From: Nitrosopumilus sp.
GTDB taxonomy: Archaea; Thermoproteota; Nitrososphaeria; Nitrososphaerales; Nitrosopumilaceae
Length of the DNA: 64,000 bases
Assembly: GCA_963662625.1 (NCBI GenBank)
Contig: OY759726.1
Coordinates: forward strand, 1,248,001-1,312,000
Direction of reading: 5' to 3'
Shown here: positions 25,204-32,597 of the stretch, piece by piece
Numbering within the stretch: the stretch's first letter is position 1
How the letters are laid out: every line of letters begins with the position of its first letter
Notes under the pieces: model-generated
What the model was told of the DNA's origin: nothing
The model's input: the letters and a program-made list of their open reading frames with translations, nothing else
Databases searched by the model: none
Made by a program: the position numbers and the translations under genes

Positions 25204-26580
25204 CTAATGCCCTTGTGCTTTTGTCACCTCGTACATCTCTCCGGCGCCCTTCTTTTTGCCAGTGTTCTTCAAAAACCCCTCATACTCCAATACATCAATT
25301 ACGGCCTTGATCGGCTGCCTGTTTTCAACTAGTCTGGAAGGGAGAATTTCATTCAGCTGGGCTTTGTGAAAAGCGTGCGACGGGAGTGAGTTCAGTACAA
25401 CACATAACGGAGACTTGGGTTCTGAAACGCTTCCTATCCTAATTCTGGTGGGGTCGTTGCTTCTCGCCATTATGTAACAAATCCACTGGCCCCTCTTGTT
25501 TTTGTAATACAGGTAATTTCCGCGCATGCCCAGAACCTCTTTTGATGACGGTTTTGAAAAAATAAACCTGAAGCCGCTGGGAACCTTTGAAATGTCCAAG
25601 TGCGCGTCTGCTTTTTTCCCGGACTCCTCGCCATCAGACCAGTTTATCGGGTGATAAACAGGGATCATAAAGTTTGACAGCACGATTCGTTCGCCCAAGC
25701 GCTTTTTTGCTAATTTGACGTACTCTGATCTCTTGTCAATCCCAATAAATCTGCGATTGAGATGATGTGCAATCTTTGTTGTTTGCCCGCTGCCGTTCAT
25801 TGGATCCAAGACCACGTCTCCTTCCTTGGAATATAGTTTGATCAGTCTCCAGGGTATCTGCTCTGGAAAAACCGCCGGATGGCCGATTGATCGTGGAGGC
25901 ACTGGGGTGATGTCCCAAATGGGTTTTTCTGATTCCTTTTTGACGGCCTCGTCAACAGGCAAGTCCCATATCGAGAGGGATACTTGGCGTTTCATTGCCC
26001 TGTTGAGCGGAATTTTCTTTGTTGTTGCCTTGTTAATTTCACGCCTCTGCGGCCCTTTCTCCAAGATGATTATGTATTCGTGCATTATGTTGCTTCTGTA
26101 ATAGGTGGGCAGAGGGTTTTGAACGAATATGCCGAACCTGTTTCCAGATCCATGTCTTCCCGCGGTAACCTTGTTCCAAATGATCATATCTCGCAGTTTC
26201 CATCCGCCACTGGAAGAATCATCTTCTTTTACCAACTTGGAAATCAGAAGGCTGGGCAGCGGGATCAACCTCCCGTTATCCACCTCGTCTCCAATTACTA
26301 TGCAACAAAATCCCCCGGGAATGGTTGCCTTGTAGACCTCTAGAAAAATTTTTTCCATGTCGCCCAAGTATTCTGACGTTTTTAGCCCTACGTCACCGCG
26401 AAATCTGTCATTTTTCTTATTTTTTACATTTGTCACATGCCGGGAATAATTTATGGCGTTTCTGTAAGGCGGGGATGTTATCGTCAGCGCCACGCTTTCT
26501 GACTCCACATAATCGCTGAGATTTTTACTGTCTGCCTTGATAATGTCGTTTATAATCGGTTTTGGCTTTGCCACAATCAA
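25204..26580 (-). CDS. Beta-class N4-C/N6-A DNA methyltransferase with C-terminal extension
   Basis: TSPPY catalytic motif near the N-terminus, IIWNK, HEYI, HPAVFP, VLDPMNGSGQT SAM motif; ~160 extra C-terminal residues ending in a wHTH-like segment. Confidence 0.88.
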   Translation of the reverse strand: MIVAKPKPIINDIIKADSKNLSDYVESESVALTITSPPYRNAINYSRHVTNVKNKKNDRFRGDVGLKTSEYLGDMEKIFLEVYKATIPGGFCCIVIGDEVDNGRLIPLPSLLISKLVKEDDSSSGGWKLRDMIIWNKVTAGRHGSGNRFGIFVQNPLPTYYRSNIMHEYIIILEKGPQRREINKATTKKIPLNRAMKRQVSLSIWDLPVDEAVKKESEKPIWDITPVPPRSIGHPAVFPEQIPWRLIKLYSKEGDVVLDPMNGSGQTTKIAHHLNRRFIGIDKRSEYVKLAKKRLGERIVLSNFMIPVYHPINWSDGEESGKKADAHLDISKVPSGFRFIFSKPSSKEVLGMRGNYLYYKNKRGQWICYIMARSNDPTRIRIGSVSEPKSPLCVVLNSLPSHAFHKAQLNEILPSRLVENRQPIKAVIDVLEYEGFLKNTGKKKGAGEMYEVTKAQGH

Positions 26581-26772
26581 GGTCTTTTTCTGGATCTATT
26601 TAGCTTTTTCTGGAGCGAAAATTAAGCGAAATGTGTGCCGGATTGAGATGGGATTCATGCTCGTGTTTGCCCAAAACTTCCACTATGACTAATTTGAGTT
26701 TGCACTTCACTTCACTGAGCAGTGTCGGCAGTATCCTTACCCGTTCCTCTTATCTGTGCATAGCCGGGCACC

Positions 26773-26919
26773 TTAGGTGGCCATATGCCGGTCGTAGTCT
26801 ATCGCGTTTCGGTAGGGCGGGGAGGTCACAGTCAACGCGACGGAGCCCGGCCTGACGTGCCTGTCCAGCTCCCGCGCGTCGGCCTGCATGATCACGTTCT
26901 CGCGGTATTTTTGCGCCAA
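26773..26919 (-). pseudogene. Truncated GC-rich fragment of a beta-class DNA methyltransferase (48 aa)
   Basis: Hand translation MAQKYRENVIMQADARELDRHVRPGSVALTVTSPPYRNAIDYDRHMAT* aligns with IIKADSKNLSDYVESESVALTITSPPYRNAINYSRHV of the 25204..26580 MTase. Confidence 0.8.
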
Positions 26920-27304
26920 CACACACTACTCGATGCCAAGTATTCAAAAACCTTCCCAGGCAGCAGGCAGGCAAAATGATCGCGCGGCGGCCGGGGGCAG
27001 GCCCGCCGGGATGCCTGCAACGTGCCGCACCGCGACGGCGCCGGCAGATCTGCGGGGAAGGCGCCGTGCGCGTGCGGCGGTTCCCATCAGTTTTAAAACG
27101 GGCAGGGACAACACCCGTGGGCCGCAATGAAGAATCAGAGTTATATCTGAACGAATGATGTGAAGGCATTTGTCTGAGCTGCCTAAACCAGGCCCGGCAC
27201 CCGTCGGCCGCCTTTCCGGCCCTGCCGCCGGCCGCACGGCCCCTTTCGGCGACCTGGGCCGCGCTCGCCTTCGGGCTTAAATAACGGCCGCTGTGACGTG
27301 CTGT

Positions 27305-27457
27305 ATGAACTGCAACCGCTGCCACCACACGGACGAGGCGCACGTGCCAGAAGAGGGCAGCAGGTCGCTGGTAAAACTCGGCCAGTGCAAGGTCACGTAC
27401 TGCACGTGCAGGCAGTACGTGGAGCCGATCCGGGAAATCGACGAAGACCTTATGTGA
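27305..27457 (+). CDS. Small Cys/His-rich metal-binding protein (50 aa)
   Basis: MNCNRCHHTDEAH...GQCKVTYCTCRQY...DEDLM; TTAAATAA box upstream; host codon usage. Confidence 0.75.
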   Translation: MNCNRCHHTDEAHVPEEGSRSLVKLGQCKVTYCTCRQYVEPIREIDEDLM

Positions 27458-27481
27458 CCCCCCCCGGGGGGGGGGCGGGCC

Positions 27482-28818
27482 CAGTAGATCGAAATGTACT
27501 AGCCGCCAGACGACTGGTTGGGCCACGCCCGGCAGCCATCCGTCCCGCCCGCAGCCATCCCCACCATGCACTCCAGCATGACCGCCAGCCGGATCGAGGC
27601 GGTGTCGCGGCTCCCGTACCACCCGGCGGACCATTCCACCGACATCATCCACAGGTTGTACATCACCAGCGCCATGAAGAACAGGAACGTCCTGACCGAG
27701 GCGTCCGGGCTGGTGGTCCTGGGCCTGGCCTTCTCGGCGTCCCTGTACCCGGTCTCTATCCCCCACCTCTTCCGGTACTCGTCAGGGACGTCGGCGGCGC
27801 GCACCGCCCTGCCGGCGTCCGCGTTGGTGGCGTACGCCAGGTACCTCTCCTGCGCGTCCCCCGAGTCCCACCCGTCCTCGCCCTCCTTCTTCGGGACTAT
27901 CACCAGGGTGAACGGCTCGCTGGCCTTCCTGTCCTGGGGCGTCAGGGCGTGCGGGGACACCGCGGCCCTCTCCCCGCGGGCGTGCTCCCCCACGGCCCTC
28001 TTTATCCCGGCAGTCCGCGACGCGGGCATGATGAACCTGTGGCCCGACCCGGACAGCTCCCCGACGACCCCTGCCGAGAAGAATCCCCGGCCCGGCAGGA
28101 CCAGCCTGGGGCGGACGCCCACGCCAGCGCAGTCACGCAGCAGCTCGCGCACGATTCCGGCCCCCGTGCTCCCCCCCTTGGGCCTGCACGCCAGGTTCAG
28201 CCCCGGCCCGTCCACCATCTGGGCGGTGGCGTACCCCCCGGAGCGCGACGTCCCGGACCTGTGCCTCGCGCGCACCAGCTGCTCCTCCCTGGTCGCGGGA
28301 TCCCTGTCGTACCTGGGTATCAGGTGGTAGTCCAGGGCCACGACGCAGCGGATCCGCCTGAGGATCCTCGACCGCCCGGCATCCCGCACGGTGGATGCGA
28401 GGGCGCCGGCGCACCGCTCCCGCATGGCGTCCGGTTCGGGGCACGCCCCCCGTATCCTGGAGAGCACCCACGCCGACGACGGCACGCGGCGGGGCCCGTG
28501 GCGCACGGCGAGCGTCCCGGTGGCGCCAGACGCGCACGCGCGGTCCCTGCACATGGACACCAGAACGCGCACGAAGTCGGCCATGCCGTACACGGCGTTG
28601 TGCCGGCCCGAGAACCCGATGCCCGCCCTCTCCAGCAGCCCGGGCAACATTTTAAACGCCTTGCCGGCCACCCTGAGTCGGTGCCCCTGCGGTTCGTTTT
28701 GGTTGTACATGACGGATGACAGGGGCGCCTGATCCATTGGTTTTTCTGTCCAAAACGTTCCAGTGCCAGGTCAATACATGCTGGCCAACGCCCCACAGGG
28801 GTACATTTCGATCTACTG
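27482..28818 (-). mobile_element. ISH3-like (IS4 superfamily) insertion sequence, 1337 bp
   Basis: Perfect 18-bp TIRs CAGTAGATCGAAATGTAC (27482-27499) / GTACATTTCGATCTACTG (28801-28818); 5-bp TSD GGGCC on both sides. Confidence 0.92.
27499..28737 (-). CDS. ISH3/IS4-type DDE transposase (second catalytic Asp apparently replaced)
   Basis: VVALDYH, LVLPGRGFFS (canonical LxDRGF), YATN, YRKRWGIETGYR, YNLW. Confidence 0.85.
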   Translation of the reverse strand: MDQAPLSSVMYNQNEPQGHRLRVAGKAFKMLPGLLERAGIGFSGRHNAVYGMADFVRVLVSMCRDRACASGATGTLAVRHGPRRVPSSAWVLSRIRGACPEPDAMRERCAGALASTVRDAGRSRILRRIRCVVALDYHLIPRYDRDPATREEQLVRARHRSGTSRSGGYATAQMVDGPGLNLACRPKGGSTGAGIVRELLRDCAGVGVRPRLVLPGRGFFSAGVVGELSGSGHRFIMPASRTAGIKRAVGEHARGERAAVSPHALTPQDRKASEPFTLVIVPKKEGEDGWDSGDAQERYLAYATNADAGRAVRAADVPDEYRKRWGIETGYRDAEKARPRTTSPDASVRTFLFFMALVMYNLWMMSVEWSAGWYGSRDTASIRLAVMLECMVGMAAGGTDGCRAWPNQSSGG

Positions 28819-28865
28819 GGGCCGCAGCCACAACCCATATAGCAAAAACAATCCTGGCACATAGC

Positions 28866-29099
28866 ATGGAAAAACACAAACCATCAGAAGAAATGCTGAG
28901 GGACCTGGACAACCTGCTGTCCAAAATCAACGCGATGGAAATCGTCGCAAAGGACGAGTTCCAGAGGGCGACGGTACAGGCGCTGCGGGCGCTGGTGCAC
29001 GGGCAGATGCACTCGGTAAGGGAGTTTGACCACCTGAAAAAGGCGATCGACCTGCTGACGGTGGAACTGTTCGGCGTCAAGGACAAGGTCAGGGGTTGA
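28866..29099 (+). CDS. Conserved hypothetical coiled-coil protein
   Basis: MEKHKPSEEMLRDLDNLLSKINAMEI...; 77 aa; host codon usage. Confidence 0.7.
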   Translation: MEKHKPSEEMLRDLDNLLSKINAMEIVAKDEFQRATVQALRALVHGQMHSVREFDHLKKAIDLLTVELFGVKDKVRG

Positions 29100-29751
29100 G
29101 CCGCGTGTCGCTGATCCCGCACCCGGAACAGCGTATCACGGTCGTCTTTTCAAGCACCCGCTCGACCTCCATCTCGGATCCACAGCACGGGCAGTGGACC
29201 TTCGGCCCGGGCGGCTCCGCCTCCTTCGGCCCGGGCGGCTCCGCCTCCTTCGGCCCGGGCGGCTCCGCCTCCTTCGGCCCGGGCGGCTCCGCCTCCTTCG
29301 GCCCGGGCGGCTCCGCCTCCTTCGGCCCGGGCGGCTCCGCCTCCTTCGGCCCGGGCGGCTCCGCCTCCTTCGGCCCGGGCGGCTCCGCCTCCTTCGAGCC
29401 CACCCTGTACGGTGGGGCCGCCGGGGACTCCTCGTCATTGCACGCGGGCTTGTAGTGCGCGATGATCTTCCTGGTGACGCGAGCCCGCTGTTCCCCGGTC
29501 GACTCGAACAGTGGCAGAATCGCGAGGTACAGCGACTTCTCCGATCCCGCCTGGCTTGCCCAGCACTTGAAGGCCGGGTTGCCCACGAAGAACGCCTTCT
29601 CGTCAGTCTTTTCGCAGTCCCCAGCGTACAGCATCCGGAAGGAGTCCTTGTCGCGTCCCAGGATCAGGTAGACCACCTTCTCCATGGGCGGGCCCCACTC
29701 GCCGAGGCTTACCGGCCCCAGGAACTCGTACTGCAGGATCTGGATGCTCAC
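29089..29751 (-). CDS. Hypothetical protein: GIY-YIG-like N-domain, (KEAEPPGP)8 linker, C-terminal Zn ribbon
   Basis: VVYLIL...LYAGD N-terminal pattern; CPCCG...CSGCG C-terminus. Confidence 0.7.
   Translation of the reverse strand: MSIQILQYEFLGPVSLGEWGPPMEKVVYLILGRDKDSFRMLYAGDCEKTDEKAFFVGNPAFKCWASQAGSEKSLYLAILPLFESTGEQRARVTRKIIAHYKPACNDEESPAAPPYRVGSKEAEPPGPKEAEPPGPKEAEPPGPKEAEPPGPKEAEPPGPKEAEPPGPKEAEPPGPKEAEPPGPKVHCPCCGSEMEVERVLEKTTVIRCSGCGISDTRLNP
29201..29392. repeat. Perfect 24-bp tandem repeat x8 (coding VNTR)
   Basis: TTCGGCCCGGGCGGCTCCGCCTCC repeated 8 times head to tail. Confidence 0.95.
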
Positions 29752-29870
29752 AGGTACCGTTCACCGCACTGGTTTTTCTCTTTTTCCCGTAAAACCCCGC
29801 GCGGCGGCTGGTTTGATCGCGCGGGCGGCCCTTGAAAGGATTAAATTCCCGGGCCTCGGATCTTGGGCAG

Positions 29871-30119
29871 ATGAGCGACCCTCACAACCATGCCAAGGTG
29901 GGCTACGCCATGATCGTGGTGGCCGCCAGCCTCACGGCCATCGCGCTGATCGGCCTCGCGATCGGGGACGACGTCCTTTACGCGGACCACATACAGAGGA
30001 ACAACACGGCGCACTTCAACGAGTGCAAGGCCAACGACTTCAAGACCGATGGCTGCGAAAAGTACTGGGACAGGATAAACAACGAGATCTCCGGGATTTA
30101 CGTGGATCTGGAAGGCTAG
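29871..30119 (+). CDS. Small single-TM hypothetical protein
   Basis: MSDPHNHAKVGYAMIVVAASL... TM helix followed by a C-x8-C extracellular domain. Confidence 0.7.
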   Translation: MSDPHNHAKVGYAMIVVAASLTAIALIGLAIGDDVLYADHIQRNNTAHFNECKANDFKTDGCEKYWDRINNEISGIYVDLEG

Positions 30120-30121
30120 CC

Positions 30122-30811
30122 TCAGAACCCGTTGGCAAAGTCCTCCATCGCGTTCTGGTTGCGGGTCAGCCTGTTCATCGCGAAGAGCGCCCCGCCGACC
30201 ACCCCTGCCTGGTAGAACGTGTACAGGAACACCCCCGAGGAGGTGGGATCCGACTTTGTGAAGCTCAGGATCAGCATGGAAAAGAAGATGAACGTCCCCA
30301 GGAACGTGGTCATCCTGGCGACGACCCCCGAGTTCATGCCCACCATGCGCTTCGTGGCCGCCGCCATCAGGGTGATGCTGGAGACTATCAGGAACGTGGC
30401 GCCCCCGTTGTGCAGGATGAACGCGTTGAGCCATTCCAAGAGCCCGACCTCCAGGACCTGGATCTCGGGCATGACGCTGCCGCCGTTTATCGCAAAGTTC
30501 ACGGAGCTGAACATGCCGCCGATCACGAACAGGAACAGGAAGACCTTGACGATCGACCTCTTGACGGGGCTGCGTATCTCCGACGGCTTTACCGCCCTCT
30601 CGGTGATCCGCACCCCGTAGAGGAAGCCCACGGCCATCGCCGGGACGAACATGACGTTTATCAGGATGGTGGACTCGCGGTTGATCGCGTCAATCTGGGG
30701 GTAGAACGCCAGGAACAGGACCGCCGACAGGCAGGCCGCCGCCGCGAACAGCGCGAGGTTCAGGTACCTGTGGCCTTGCGGCTCGTGCGATTCGTCGTTC
30801 CAGCCGTACAT
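30122..30811 (-). CDS. Multi-pass membrane hypothetical protein
   Basis: 229-aa ORF with ~6 hydrophobic segments. Confidence 0.7.
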   Translation of the reverse strand: MYGWNDESHEPQGHRYLNLALFAAAACLSAVLFLAFYPQIDAINRESTILINVMFVPAMAVGFLYGVRITERAVKPSEIRSPVKRSIVKVFLFLFVIGGMFSSVNFAINGGSVMPEIQVLEVGLLEWLNAFILHNGGATFLIVSSITLMAAATKRMVGMNSGVVARMTTFLGTFIFFSMLILSFTKSDPTSSGVFLYTFYQAGVVGGALFAMNRLTRNQNAMEDFANGF

Positions 30812-30914
30812 TTTTCCGGATCGGGGAGGCCGGATTAAAGGTCAAATCAAAAAATCATTTGGTCAAATTATCAATTCTGTTTGCCTTTTTTTACGGCGGC
30901 GTGCCAGGATCCGC

Positions 30915-31124
30915 GTGAATGCGGCGGTGTCGGCGATGGCGGCGGGCGCGGCGGCCCTCGCGCTGGGGGTGGTCTTCCACCTGCAGGGCCGGGCGGTGCT
31001 GGGGCCGGAGTCCTCGTTCATGTACTCGAACCCCGACTGGACGTCTTACGGCGTCCAGATTGCCGCCTGCGGGGCGGCGGTGATCGCGGCGGGGGCGGTA
31101 CTGGCGCTTGCCAGGCGCCGCTAG
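30915..31124 (+). CDS. Small two-TM membrane protein
   Basis: LQGRAVLGPESSFMYSNPDW loop between two hydrophobic helices. Confidence 0.65.
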   Translation: MNAAVSAMAAGAAALALGVVFHLQGRAVLGPESSFMYSNPDWTSYGVQIAACGAAVIAAGAVLALARRR

Positions 31125-31354
31125 TCGGCGACCCGGAGCGTGACCGTGCTACGGATCTTTTCCAGCTTCCTTATCCCGGACGCGATTATCCGGTCCATCT
31201 CGTCGGCGCTGCCGGTCTCAAACTCCGCGACGAGGTCGTAGTTCCCGTAAGTGACGATGCAGCCCTTGATCCCGGGGAACTCCATGAGCCTGGAATGCAG
31301 GGAGTGCTCCTCCCCCACCTCGCAGCTGATCAGCACGTACGTCTTCTCTGCCAT
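31121..31354 (-). CDS. Lrp/AsnC ligand-binding domain protein
   Basis: YVLISCEVG...TYGNYDLVAE...IRKLEKIRSTVTL. Confidence 0.85.
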   Translation of the reverse strand: MAEKTYVLISCEVGEEHSLHSRLMEFPGIKGCIVTYGNYDLVAEFETGSADEMDRIIASGIRKLEKIRSTVTLRVAD

Positions 31355-31400
31355 GATTCCCTTGTGGGGCTCCACGGTAACTTAAACACATCCCGCCGCC

Positions 31401-32597
31401 CTAGAAGCCTGCCAGGATGGGATCCGCGGGCTTCATGATCTCGCGCAGCAGGATGGTGGCAAAGGATCCGCGCGACAGGGTGAACTCCACGGTGTCGCCT
31501 CCCGCCGCGTACCCGGTGCAGCGGATCGCGCTCTGCCTGAAGCCCCCCTCCCCGCTGACCTCCTGCATCTCCTTGATGAAAAAGTCCCCGGGTGACACCC
31601 CCTCCGACTCTAGGACCGCCGAGACGTGGCGGTGGAACCTGGTCTTCCTGTAGTAGGAATGCCCGACAAACGGCACCGCCAGGCGGCTCCCTGGCTCCCC
31701 GGCGCTCTTCCCGATCGCCCCGTCGGCGCCGAAGCACACGTCGTCCTCCCGGGGCCCGAACAGGTCCTCTCCCTGCGCGAAGGCCTCGCTGAGCGTGCGG
31801 TTGAACAGGTACGACTGGTATGCCTGCACGTAGAACCGCCTCATCTGCACGGGGATTGAGCGCAGCGCCCTCAGGGGATCGCCGTGCTCGACCATCCCCC
31901 GCAGCACGGCGCGCTCGGTGTCCATCCGGGGTGGCACCGTGCCGAGGCACCTCCTGTAGTTTGCCGCGTCCGAGAGATCCCGCCGCACCCCGGCGTCCTC
32001 CCCGGAACCGTGCCAGGGGGCGTACGACAGGATGAGCTCCACGGCCCTGCCAAAGTCGCGGCGCAGGATCGCCTCCCCCACCAGGTGCGTCACCGGGCGC
32101 CTCGAGCCGAACCTCTGGTACCCGTAGAAGTTCAGGATCCTGCCGTGCTCGGCAAAGTCCTCCAGGCCCGGCCCGTGGCCGGAGATCCTTATCCTGAAGC
32201 CGTTGCCCACCATGTCCCTCTTCGAGAGGGGCCTCCTCGCGAACCCGATCCTCTCGATCGAGAACCTCTCGGCGGCGAACCTTTCCAGGGACCTCCCCCT
32301 GCCGACCGAGCAGACAAACTGCCTTGTCACGGCCGACGCGTCCTTCAGGCCCAGGGCCTTCAGCCTGATCCCTGTCTTGTCCAGTATGCCCGAGAGCGCG
32401 TGGGCCGTGTCGATGTTCCTCTTCTCCAGCACGTACACGGCGTAGCCGGGCCCCTCCCTGATCGACGCGAGCGCCCCGTCGGAGATCACCTCGTCCACCC
32501 GGAAGCTCTCCGGCGTGTCCCTGATGCTGCCGCCTATGCCCTGGGAGCCGGTCGCGTAGGCGCCGATGCCCACGTGGGAGTCTATCCTGGGGATCAC
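31401..32597 (-). CDS. truD: tRNA pseudouridine(13) synthase TruD
   Basis: PESFRVDE, GLKDASAVTRQ, NFYGYQRFG, AYQSYLFN, FTLSRGSFATILLRE. Confidence 0.94.
   Translation of the reverse strand: MIPRIDSHVGIGAYATGSQGIGGSIRDTPESFRVDEVISDGALASIREGPGYAVYVLEKRNIDTAHALSGILDKTGIRLKALGLKDASAVTRQFVCSVGRGRSLERFAAERFSIERIGFARRPLSKRDMVGNGFRIRISGHGPGLEDFAEHGRILNFYGYQRFGSRRPVTHLVGEAILRRDFGRAVELILSYAPWHGSGEDAGVRRDLSDAANYRRCLGTVPPRMDTERAVLRGMVEHGDPLRALRSIPVQMRRFYVQAYQSYLFNRTLSEAFAQGEDLFGPREDDVCFGADGAIGKSAGEPGSRLAVPFVGHSYYRKTRFHRHVSAVLESEGVSPGDFFIKEMQEVSGEGGFRQSAIRCTGYAAGGDTVEFTLSRGSFATILLREIMKPADPILAGF

Noticed and set aside
26750-28719. Long ORFs 26750..27766(-) and 27298..28719(+)
   Set aside because: They are antisense or off-frame shadows crossing the IS boundary, with no coherent protein features.
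29201-29392. 24-bp repeats as a CRISPR array
   Set aside because: The units are head to tail with no spacers and lie in frame within a CDS.
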